Of a stretch of 64,000 bases of DNA, positions 12,183 through 23,752 are shown piece after piece; the first letter of the stretch is position 1; each line of letters begins with the position of its first letter. Location: positions 5,567,079 to 5,631,078 of the forward strand of contig OZ316898.1 of assembly GCA_973895155.1 (NCBI GenBank), written 5' to 3'. The position numbers and the translations under genes are program-made. This stretch comes from Marsupella aquatica (Eukaryota > Plantae > Marchantiophyta). A model generated the notes under the pieces. That model made no database searches, was not told where the DNA came from, and saw nothing but the letters and a program-made list of their open reading frames with translations.

Positions 12183-15100
12183 TGGCCCACTGCTTGTTAG
12201 TTACAAGATGAGATTGATGAGTGCAATCTAGACCAATCAAGAGTTAGTAGGGAAAAACGTGAAATGTATTGCTCAGGGCAACCCACTGAAAATCCAAGGG
12301 AAAGAAACAGAGTAGGACTGGGGACTTCAAATTTTTTGTTAACTCCTGAATCTCGGAAAATGTTTCGAACCCATTATGTCAGTTTGTCTACTTTTCCTGC
12401 CTGCTTAGCACAGTCCCGTGCCTTTATGAGAGGCTCTTTTTGTAGAAAAGTTGCTTTAGTTTTAAGTTTGCTTCTTCGTGTATTTGTTTGGGGTGGTGGG
12501 GGGCTCATTTTTTTGTTGGGCCTTATTGACCTTCTTGAGGTCTTCCCTTTTTTCCTTCCCTTGATTGGGTCTTTTTGCCTAAGGCATCATCTTTGGCTTT
12601 CATGTCTTTTTGGCAAATTTATATATCGATTAAAAGCATATAGGTATTCGCTGTTTGATTTCGTTGGCAGGTTCTCGTTACACAGCTCAACACAACTTAC
12701 AAATGGACTGGTTTTCACGGAGACAATAAACTCTTGGTGCTCGTCCATTTTTCCCATTCCCTGATAAGTCGAAATTCATGCTTGCTCGCGTGCCGTCAAT
12801 TATTTGTTTCCAATTCTTCCGTCACTGAATTGCCCACCTCCAAATGTAGGTTCTTGACCGGTGAGCATCTCTTGGTCACGAGAGGAATTACTTCGCCATA
12901 AAAAGCAATACCAACCCGCGATTAGATAGATGAAAACATAGACAGCCGCCCACTTCCGGACCCACCAGGAGTAAATCACAATGCATTGCTCCACAAATGT
13001 TTTCCGAGTATTAGCTTTTGGGTACCATCGTTTGGCCACAAGTTGCCGTGGAATCGTTACTCCCTTGCTCGTACAAGCGATGTCACAGTTGCTTCTAGGG
13101 TATCAAGAGGCTTGTGCAAGAGATACAGTGCTGTTCCCGTTGTCTGGTTGATCAAGAATTCCGTCTGCGAGATTCGGAAGCCTCTCGAAAACCCTTGACA
13201 ACAATTTTGCCAAACAATTCAGCCGTTTAGCATGATGAGATAGGACTGAGCTGAGAGCTTTCCTGGTCTCTACTGTACAAGGAGTGCATTCATCACGAAG
13301 GATTATTGCACAGATAAAATTCCCAGGGAAGAAAGTTTTGGTTCGCGTCGGTTGGTAATACCTTGGCGGTAGAGTGTCACTCCCTTGCACTCTTTGCTAG
13401 CGAGTGGGGTGGAATTCAGAAAACTGCCCCCACCCCCCCCCCCCCCCCCTAGATGTTCTGCGTGAATACAACACCCTTTTCCAGACATGGATTGAAGAGA
13501 AATTTGTAACCAATTGTCGGATGCCTGAAATAGCTTATATTGCCGTCACAACTCGACAACAATCATCAGACTGGAAATTGGAAGATTGACCGCTTCTGCA
13601 GACTAGTGTCGTGGACTCTCATGGAAATCGGACTGTCCTGAAGCGTTGTTGACCTCGGCCAGTGGACCTCACCACTCCTTCCAGGAATCGCTTTCCACGC
13701 TGGCAATTATAGGGGATCATTCTGACGCTTTACCTACTTCCCAGGAATCAAGCTGGATGCTCGAAAGAAAGGTCTTCTAAGGAAGGTAAATCTCCTACCT
13801 AGTTATAATCTGATTATCAAGCAAGTGAAAACAGAAGAAACACCATACACAAAAGCTCCTTTCCAGACAGAAATGGGAAGCTGGTGAGGGGAGACAAAAC
13901 CCATGACGAATTCTTCAAAAAGAAAACCGCATTGTAAAGGCTTGACTAATTCTAAATTCGGTCCAATCCCTCGAATTCGCTCCCTTCTTCATCTGCTTAC
14001 CCATTTGCCCGAATAAGACGGGATCAGCGGCGGCAGAGTCACGGGAAGAAGCAGTAAGGAGGCTTTATCTTGCCAGGTGAGAGACCGAGGACCTCCCCCA
14101 GCCTGATGGCGGCAGAGGATGGCGGAAGAGGGATTGCCGTCACATCCCATCTCGTCACCAATTGGGGCAGTGAGATAAGATGATGATGGGAACAGGGTTG
14201 CTCTCTCATCGTCATTCTGTGTTCCCTCCCTTTGTTTCGTGTGCCAACTCCAAAGCGCTGGAACTTTTCGCAAAGTCCTGATGGATGGCGTGTGGATTAC
14301 GTTGCTCCTTTTCCGAGGATGAATTTCCCGCAACCTCTACCTTCCCAACGTCCGGAGTAGCATAAAGTCCCTTCGCAATGAGGATAATTCTATTCCCTCG
14401 AGGAAAGAGTCCACAAGTCTAGTACACTCCTTTCGAGCCGACAAGAGCGATGGCCGCCGTGGTTTGTTGCTCGTTATAGAAGCTACATTAGAGATAGCGT
14501 GCGTCCATAGAGGAAACAGAAGCGGTGGCGGTCTCATCATGAGGGAGAGACGGCCTGGCGTCGGCAAACACCGGGCTGGTTCTTTCTTCGTGCTGAGAAA
14601 GTGAGGTGTTTTGTTTTCTTTCGTAGAATTCATTCGAACCAACACAGAGGACGGTAGTACCACTGCTCTGCTCTAGCGAGGCGGGTTTTCGGGGCGGCCA
14701 CGCGTTCAGAGTACATTACCGTTAAAGCTCGTAAAGGTGGGGAGGAGGAGCGAACGACGAACGTTGTTACCAGGAGAATGAAATGATGGAGAGGAGAGAG
14801 GGGCACGGAGACTGATGTGATGAGGCTACCCTTGTTTATCTGGAGGAAGGATTTCGCGCACCGCTTTGTGGCGACAAGGGATGTTGTTCGAATTCAACTC
14901 AAGACCAGGAGGGTTTAGGTGCGAAGGAGAATACTAATAGGAATCGGTGACGGTCGTACCTGGACCCAGTCGACAAAAGCTCAGGACACGTTTCTTTCAG
15001 GCGCCACGCCAGATACACCATACCACCACCAAGCACACTCACGTTCGATAGACAATCCTTCCATCCACTAGAATCAAACGAAGTCCTTTCTTTCGAGCAT

Positions 15101-15299
15101 CCAACTTGATTTCCCTTGTACTCACCTGGGAAGTAGGTTTGAGGAGGTTTGCAGAGGATGCGCAGCTGACGGCCTGGGGACGTTAGGGTTTGGAAAATTG
15201 GAATTGACACTCGGCTTCGAATTAGAATTACACATGCGGGGGAGATGTTATCATGAGGTGGTGCATGTTGGTTCGGTGAGGCACGCTCAGCAGTTCCGG

Positions 15300-15427
15300 C
15301 ACGTGAGGGACGGGCGGGTGGAGGTGGAGCTAGTGGCTATGGCGGACCGAGCTGCTGGCATGAGCGCTTGAGGAGGGGGTCGCCACGAGGCCGCGAGTCG
15401 GGGTGACCTTCATTAGGTCAGCACGTG
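15300..15427 (+). promoter_or_regulatory. Paired G-box/ABRE-like elements upstream of HVA22-like gene
   Basis: gCACGTGagg at 15299-15308 and 15421-15430, in a GC-rich block 350-470 bp upstream of the ATG. Confidence 0.5.
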
Positions 15428-15770
15428 AGGTTCCGGAGCAAGTAAAGTCGAACTGATGAGTGAAGAAAGTGCGAGGTGTGAGCCGACGAGAGACCGGAGC
15501 TTCCTTGCGTCTTTGACAGTACTGTGGAGCGTTTACAGAAGGGCATAGCTCACGGGAGCATCTGCCCCTCGGTGTCCCCTGAATCCTTAGTTCTTTTGGT
15601 CAGGTCGGATGAGGCACTACTTTCTTGGTAAAGTTTCTTCAAATTTGATTTGCTGTCTTCTCAGAGAGAGACAATCCGCACACAGAGGATCGATGTTATC
15701 AACACTAATTCAAGATGATTGGGAAACAATCAGCACATAGAAGAATTTTATTGATCAACGCTTATTCAAG

Positions 15771-16769
15771 ATGATTGGGTCACTTCTCACCCGGGGCCTG
15801 ACCCTGATGTTAGGGTACCTGTACCCTGCCTATGAATGCTTCAAGTGCGTGGAGCAGAACCGGCCGGATTTGGACAGTCTTCGTTTTTGGTGTGAATACT
15901 GGATGATAATAGCAATAGTGACAGTTATGGAAAGGGTTGGGGGAGATGCACTTATTTCATGGCTTCCTCTATACGGCGAGGCAAAACTGGCCTTCATCGT
16001 GTATCTATGGTACCCGAAGACGAGGGGGACTACGTACGTCTACGCCACGTTTGTGAGGCCGTTTGTGGCCCAGTATGAGCATGAAATTGATGGGAATTTG
16101 GGCGAGTTGAGAACGAGGGCTGGGGACATTCTGTCTGTGTATTGGCATCGTGGGTCCACCTTTTTCCAGACCAGGTTTATAGAGCTGCTGCAGTTTCTTG
16201 CCTCTCAATCACCCGGGAGGGTCAATTATCCTACTGCGCCTCCGGCTAACAACGTGTACCCACCTCGGTTGCCTCCTGCTCCTCGTTTGCAATCAGCTGG
16301 TTTGTCTGGGTCTCATCAACCTTCTGCTCCAGCTCCACCTCCGGGCTATGCAGCTCCTACCCCTGGCTATCCTACTCCTCCGCCAGGCTACCCTTCTCCT
16401 CCGCCGGGCTATCCTGACCTAGATCTCTCCGGCTACACACAGGTTCCTCCCCCAGGAACTTATCCACCTCCTCCGCCAGGGTATCCCTCAGTGCAGAGCC
16501 GTTCAGTAGGATCGAATGATCTCCGGCACGCTACTCAACCTCAGCCTGGGTATCCTGGGGCTCTACGGTCGAAAGCTTCGATTTCTGAAGAGGATGATGA
16601 GTTTGAGCTGGTCGACAAAAACCCCAACTTTCCTGAGGAACCGGCCGGCCCGAATAGCTACTTAACCAGAGCGAGGCAGAGAGCTTCGGGGGCCGATCGG
16701 GGTCGAGGTGATAGGGGAACAGGATCATCAAACCTCTACCCAGCAGGTGGGAACAACAAAGGCTCATAA
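15771..16769 (+). CDS. HVA22-like (TB2/DP1/REEP family) protein with Pro-rich C-terminal tail; intronless
   Basis: 'LGYLYPAYECFK.VE....L.FWC.YW......V.ER.GD..ISWLPLYGEAKLAF.VYLWYPKTRGT.YVY.TF.RPF' is the HVA22 domain of the long-tailed (HVA22-like g/h/i/j) type. The tail contains PPPGY repeats and a 'TRARQR' motif. Confidence 0.93.
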   Translation: MIGSLLTRGLTLMLGYLYPAYECFKCVEQNRPDLDSLRFWCEYWMIIAIVTVMERVGGDALISWLPLYGEAKLAFIVYLWYPKTRGTTYVYATFVRPFVAQYEHEIDGNLGELRTRAGDILSVYWHRGSTFFQTRFIELLQFLASQSPGRVNYPTAPPANNVYPPRLPPAPRLQSAGLSGSHQPSAPAPPPGYAAPTPGYPTPPPGYPSPPPGYPDLDLSGYTQVPPPGTYPPPPPGYPSVQSRSVGSNDLRHATQPQPGYPGALRSKASISEEDDEFELVDKNPNFPEEPAGPNSYLTRARQRASGADRGRGDRGTGSSNLYPAGGNNKGS

Positions 16770-18181
16770 GAGAGAATCAGTGTCTCCTTACGGTCCCCTC
16801 TTTATCTCCCTTGGCGGTTTCTGCATCGTCAGCAGGTTGATCACATCCCTACTGCTGTAATTTCGGATGACTGAACGTGAAATCTAAGGTCTGCATCCAT
16901 GTCCTTCCTCAGTGGTAATGCGCCCTCAAGCACATGCAGAACAAGTCACCTGCCATGTTTCGAGACTCCGTTGATATCGTAGAGCCCTCTGATTCAGATA
17001 GCAAGTCCATCTGAATCGCAATTGACCATACTCTCGTGTTTCGGTAATTCTCTTTCGTCTCATTTCCAGCTTGCTGGCAGAAATACGAATCTGTGTTTTT
17101 TCTTTTCAATATGCAGAAATTCCCTCAAAACAAGATTGGCGTCGATTGTGTTGGTTTGTCCCGTCATCTAAGGAGAAGGAGTGCGTTTCTTGCTACTCTT
17201 GTGTGTTCAGCAGCGAATGTTGACGGATGTGGTAGCTTGGGATGGTAGAATTTCTCGATTGCAGGCTGAGAGGCAGTCATCACAAGATGTAGGATAGGTA
17301 CGGTAGTTTTATAGTGCTACTTCTGACGTTAGGGTATGTCCAATGTTCCATTCTTCTCCATCGTTAACTCACCACAGGGCGACACCTTCGCCCAGTGTAT
17401 ATATTTCCCTTGAGCTCTGCAATTCATTGGTTGATGTCTTCGAAGATATCTCTTATTTCTGGTTCTGGTTCAGTGAGTGTGACAAATAGACATTTTGGTT
17501 GCTGGGCCTCCCTTGTACCTTTTACTGGCATCGCAAAGATAGACTTCGTGTCCAGCTTACATGGTCTATCTTCATTTTTGTCTGAAGTCCCACCAAATTG
17601 ATTTGCTCTGGTAATGGTAGCATTTATGTTATGATAACCAGGAGAGTAGGCTTCTCTTAGTAGAGGGCAACACGTCGTAGAAGTGAGCATTTCGAGACCA
17701 TACAGATGATGCTGTCCACGGCGGTTGAATGCTTCAAATTGCTTGGGATTCCTGTGAACACTCATGACTTGTAGACTCCGTGGATCATGTGGAGGAACCA
17801 TGACGGATGGAGAGGATTATTCTACCGGCTTGCTGGACTTCAGAGAAAATTCACAATTACGTGGTGCATCCTCTTGTTCTTGGTCGATTGTGGTTACCAT
17901 GCAATATAGTAGTGGCATGCTCTCAAATTAGTAGTTGGCATGTCCCCTAATGGGCCTTCCTGTGTTCCCAGAATTATCTCGACGAAGATATGGACTGTAC
18001 ATGGAAATCAGAACTTTGATGACGTTTGGGACAAAATTCAGCTGCGAGAAAAGTTTAGGGTTCGATCTCGAGAAAAGTAGACTTCTCAACTCGCATTGAG
18101 TGCCCAGGGTGCTTTATTCAAATACCAGAGCATTACTTACCATAATAAGCCCTCAAAACTTGAGCTAAGGCCTTCATTTCA

Positions 18182-18326
18182 GGGGCATTAGAAGAAGAAT
18201 GCAAAGTCGTATTTGCATCAGCTCTGGGGCATTATGGGAGAGGCATTAGGAAGAAGAACACAGAGTCGTACTTGGATCAGCTCGGGGGCATTATGAAGAA
18301 GAGTGCAGTCATATTCGGATCAGCTC
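18182..18326 (+). repeat. About 45-bp degenerate tandem repeat x3
   Basis: Unit ggcatta.gaagaaga....agtc.ta.tt..atcagctc. Confidence 0.75.
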
Positions 18327-19012
18327 ATTGTGGAGTTCTCCTCTGCTTTACCAAAATTAGTTAAATATCTTATAGGCCTTAAGTTTATTAATGTCCGTTA
18401 CCAGACCATTAGGGACGACTCTTGCCTAAAATTGACTCTTCGTTGGGGCCAGTCTATCAACACAAGATCAAGCATTGAATTGTCCAAAACTGCCATTTAG
18501 AGGAAGATATTTTAGTGGGGTCCTTCAAGTACTCTGGAATTTCTTCAGTCCCCGTATTGATAGCATGGCAGGGGTTGTTTTGCAAAATTCGTATGGATCC
18601 TCGCACTAACGTTACTAGGACTCCGAGGCTACATTTTCAGCTTTCAAGGGTCCGAAAACTAAAATAATGAACTGACATCCAAGATAACCAAAATAGTTCG
18701 AAGTGACCTTGATAATAACTATATGCCTCTCGGCACTAGCTTCTGCTCTGAATTCAGAGGTTGTAGCTCAAAGTCATACAAGGTAAGCCGCAGAGAGCGT
18801 GAATAGCTTTGCACATTTTCAGTTGTTGACCTCTCATAAAACTGGGATTCAAACTCTGTACTTTTCTGATCAAGTCCAAAGACAAAATAGAAATTAACTA
18901 TCTATGCATGATATGTATCCCACAAACTATCTAGATCATGTAACCATAGTACAGTAGCTAACTTTCACAAAAGCTATGCAAGGAAAGATTGTGACACTTC
19001 TGAACAAAAGAC

Positions 19013-20934
19013 TCAGCTAGAGATGAGAAGATTATCAACATTCCTTTTTCCAGAGGGGCCCCTTGAGTACCAAGCTGCGACAAAGTCCTTGAATACAATA
19101 TCTTTATACAAAGTTGGATGCTTTCCATCGATAAGTGCTGATGCAGGAGTAATTAATTGGTCCTTGGCTGGATCAAGGAAAGTTGCCACTGACAGGCGGT
19201 CTCTTTGAGCATTCACAACTGCTCTGTGCTCGACGCTTTTGTACTTGCCGTTGCTCAAAACCTGGAAACAACAAGGTACAAATGCTTCCAATGACGACCT
19301 TGGCCACTGACAAAATCAAACAAGGCAATTTGATGTGCCCAACAGGAGGCCACAAAACTATAACAACAAGATTGCTTGGATGGCAAAATTCAGGAGAGAG
19401 AGCAGTTGTCGCTACCTCCATCATGTCTCCAAGGTTCACGACCAGAGCATCTGTCAAGGGCTGAACTGCAATCCAGTTTCTATTCTTGTAAACTTGCAGG
19501 CCAGCGATATCAGCTTGCATAAGAATGGTTACGGCGCCAAGATCAGAGTGAGCTTGTAACCCCAACGTGAGATCTGGCTGAGGACAGGCAGGATAGTAGT
19601 TGACTGAAACATTCTGAGATGGTTCTCCGAGTGCATCCTTGATGCTTGACGCCGGGAGTCCTAAGCTCTCAGAAATTAGCGCCAACAGCTTTTGTGCTAA
19701 TACCCTCATCTCCTCACTGTACTGTACCACGGTCTGCCCGTCAAAAAGGGGACGAGCATTAATCCTAAGACAAAAGGATAACGGTGCAGTACATCATGGA
19801 ACATTCGCCAACAGTGAGCCAAAAACTAAAAAGGTTTAGAGTAACTCTGCAATTGATGAATAACCAGGACTCCGGTACTGCAGCCAGACAAACACGTCTC
19901 TTCGCAAGTGGGCAAAAGAATATGTAATGCAATAACATTTCTCAAATCTGTTCAGAGCCACTCATTCGTGATTCATCTTTCAAAGAATCCCGCCATAGTG
20001 AGGTACATGCTCTCCTCAATGCCCTTAAACCCGTAGCCATTAAACCCATCAAGAAGTTCACGCCGTCGGAAATTCCAACCAATCTCAGACCTGACAATGA
20101 AGCTATTCTTGCCTCGAACGAAAACTCTATAAGGGTTTAATTGCATTCCAAAGTTACCCGCAGCTGGAAAGCCAAACCATCATAAGCCAACAATTCTCGA
20201 AAACTGATTTCAAAATGTAAAATTTGAGTTGCAAAATGTACCTGCCTGAAGGAAGCAGGATCAGCCGGCCAGTTGGAAGGATTCCTACGAGACAGAGGGA
20301 GGGTATGAAGATCTACATAATCTCTCCAATCCAAGACCTGTTCGTCCTTCACGAGCATCTTGCTCCCATAGCCTTCCGAAGCAATGGTCGCTGGCTTGCA
20401 AGCATACCGCAATTTCTCCTCCATTGGCAACCCAAAAAATCCCCTTCCGTCCTTCCGCATAGCCTCTAGAACCTTCAACGGAACGCCATGATTAACCACC
20501 TGGAAAAATCCCCAATCTTCACAAGCTCTGCCTATCTCTGACATTATTGCCTGTTTATCACCTCCATCGGCCCTGCCTAGATCAACAACAGGAATCTCAA
20601 CCACTACCTCAGGCGTTTGTGGTCGCTCATCTATGGGTCTAATGTAAGCAGCTGGGATCTGAGTGATACCAGCGTCTACCAGAGATTGGACTCGATCCTT
20701 CGAAACACCACCGTCATCGTGTAGGACCTTCTGCATCTCCTCCCGGGCAATCTGTTGTTGCGCATCTGCTGAAGCTTTGGTGTAAGAAGCAGCGGGAATT
20801 TGGGTCGTTACAAGTGATTCAACCATCTCCCTTAACGCCGAAATGGACGGGATTTGAACCTCCTCCTCTTCTTGCTCCTCATAGTCCTCTTCACTGGAGT
20901 AATAGCCTCCGGGCTGGCAACACCTGCAAGACAT
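19013..20934 (-). CDS. 2-oxoglutarate/Fe(II)-dependent dioxygenase (DOXC; JOX/JAO-related), 3 exons
   Basis: Exons 20934-20242, 19733-19416 and 19261-19013, joined by GT..AG phase-0 introns. Motifs: DIOX_N 'ACEDWGFFQVVNHG', 'EGYGS...LDWRDY', 'NYYPACPQPDLTLGLQAHSD' (HxD), 'SVEHRA' (distal H) and 'RLSV' (RxS). The start codon is uncertain because several Mets are available. Confidence 0.92.
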
Positions 20935-23532
20935 GGCCGCTCAACCCTACACCTGAATCTGTGTGTGCACCCACACCAATGGACAATGACTTTTCCCAGA
21001 TATCGAAAGCCGCCAGAATGTGATGTCGTCCAGACACTTTGCTTGTCTTGAATTCTGTGTAACTCTCGGTGGGTCCAAAAAATTCTTAGAACTGGCCAGC
21101 TCCCCTCTGTGAAATCAGTTCAATTAGGGTTTAGCTCATCGACAGTCCAGACATTTAGGAATTCCCCCAAACACGCCCCAACGTTTGCAGAGGACTTTTC
21201 TATATTTGGTTTCCAACTCGAACGATCCACAATCGGGACTACGGAACATTCAATCCACGGCAACTTCGCGAGTACTGATGAAAGCGTCTCGAAATGACGG
21301 AACAGGGGAGAAACAGAGAGGGAGCGACCGTAGTTGACAGATATGACTTCATTGTTCCCCCATTTCAGTAGGGAGTCCCAAAGCCTCGAAAGTAAGTATG
21401 ATGGCATCATGACTTTTTCACAACGTTCTTTATAAAAAAAAATTGTAAGAGTTTTTGTTTTTGTTTTTTGCTGTCACCAGCCTGTACATTGACTAAAGGT
21501 TATGGCAGATGACCAGTCCTTGTGGCAGAAAGTGTACAATGAATTTCATAATCCTTAACTTTTTGTGTCCATAACTCATGGCTAGGGAGTTAAGGTCCAT
21601 CAAATTGTGAGCTTTGAGACCCCTATTAATACAATGTTCCACGTTTTCAATAGTGGGTGCGTCATGGGGTGCTCTATTAGGGCATTTCAAATATTAAAAG
21701 ATGTAGGCTGTTAGCCAGGCCGAGACTTTGCAGTGGGGGACGCGGACTAAAATTGTGCCATACGCCAAATTGGCGGCCACATTTTTTTGCCTGGGCATTT
21801 TTGCACACTGCAGGCAATCATTAAGAGCCCTCTCAAAGTTCAACACCCCCCCCCCCCCCCCTTCCCTTACGCATGCCCAAAAACCACATCTGGGCTGTAG
21901 TTTTGGCCTTGATATTTTTGGTGTCAGTAGCCCGGACTACAAACTAGAAGCACAAAGATTGAGACGCCCTATTGAAATAACATGCCTAGGGCATTGAGTT
22001 TTTACTATGTTTTCATTCTTCGTACTTGCATGACCTTGTGTTCAAAAATGGATGTTGTCACTGTTTGAATATTATTTGGCTTTGTGTTCGAATATTAGTT
22101 TTATCATATGTTTCATGAATTTTGTACCTTTTGTGTTCAATTTAGAACGGTTTAGCATCAAAACTCAAACACACCATCCAAGTCGAACACAACTTCCGGA
22201 TGTTGTGTTAAATAGACATTGTGTTCAAGTACAAATGTCCTTCTCATCATGGGACCCAAAAAAATTCATTTTTTAACACAATGCCAAGGCGCCGTGTTTG
22301 GGAGAAGATGGTAGCAAAGCAGCAAAACTACAGTAGCAGACCTTTGCTGGGTAAAAAGAGGGGATGCAAATAAGTTCTAGAGAGGACAAACAGGACAGAG
22401 AAAAAAAGAGGACAAGGCAAACTCTAAACTACGCAAATGATCAGTGAAAACAATCCATGTCTAGTCATTTGCATGGTCCATATTTGTAACAAAAGTGTAA
22501 ATGAAACATACATTGCAAGCAAATTTTAATGTATCATTTGTGTGCATCAGGGCTTTGTATGTTTCTCCAGACATCACTTCAAACCTTTGTGTCCATCAGA
22601 TGCTTTTCTCCTGTAGGTACAGTAGAGATACATTTATTGGTTCAAAACTATGAGTAAGGGGATCTCCTCTAAATCCTGAAAACATTGTTAGCTTAGTTCT
22701 TCTTCTTTTGCTGTCAATCTGTGACATGACACACTATTAAATCCGTTTGCCATTTTTACCTTTGTATTTTGCTACTTTCTCGAGCACAAGGCAAGCTTGC
22801 AGGGGGCATTCTGACTTTTGCCTTCTACTTAGCTCTTGCTAGAAAGAATAAACTCCAATTCTTTGAGCTTTGCTACTCATTGTTTTGAAGTGTGAAGCGT
22901 TTTTCTTTTATTGGAAGAAGAAAACCCCATAACATCCAGCTATCTTAAATACTGGGATGGACTTTCATCACCCTGTGGAATCAGATGGGAGCTCCCAGCA
23001 CTAGGCTTACTTGGTTCAGCCAATAAAAATGGGCGATCTATATCACTTGTCTCTTAAATACTAAATTTGGAAAGGTTTATCACAAGAATGAAAGTAAGTT
23101 TAGCACTTGAGACTCATCTACCTCCCAGAAACAGAAACTGTAATTATGGGCTGACACAACGAATTGCTCATGGGCTTAACCTCTGACTTGGGATTGTGTC
23201 TTTGCAGTCATAATCCCTCATTCCCCCTTTTGGCAGGTTAGGGTATAGCATTATAGGCCATAATGTACTGTTTGCTTGCAAAACTTACTAATGCAATATC
23301 ATTATTTTTTATTTCCCGGGTTTTTCACACATCATTGTGAACATTTGAGTTCTTCCTAACGACAATTCTTTTCCCTGTACTCCACTCTGTATCCTGTTGT
23401 CAAACAATGACTGATGAATAAATAATCATAGACGAGCATGCCTACTCTACTCTGATAACAAAGTTGAAAAAAAGACAATCAGGACTAAGAGCCAAAAAAA
23501 TTGGGATCAGTCATGACTTACAAATCTTGTGA

Positions 23533-23752
23533 GGAGCTAGATTTGAGTGTAATGTTTCTAAAGATCCCATGTAAGCTGAAGAATCCTATACCAGGTCAGA
23601 CACTAAAGAGCTCTCTTGCTGGTCACACTGATAAACCTGAACAAATTTTGTCAGGAGCCAGATTTAAATGTATGTTTCTAAGGATCCCATGGAAGCTGAA
23701 GAATCTTTTACCAGGTCAGCCACTGAAGAGCTCTTGCTGGTCACACTAATAG
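23533..23752 (+). repeat. About 120-bp diverged tandem duplication
   Basis: ggagc.agattt...gatcccatg.aagctgaagaatc...accaggtcag.cact.aagagctc..ttgctggtcacact occurs twice. Confidence 0.85.

Noticed and set aside
17395-17801. 125-aa minus-strand ORF between HVA22 and the dioxygenase
   Set aside because: No recognisable motif or gene structure; at most a decayed fragment.
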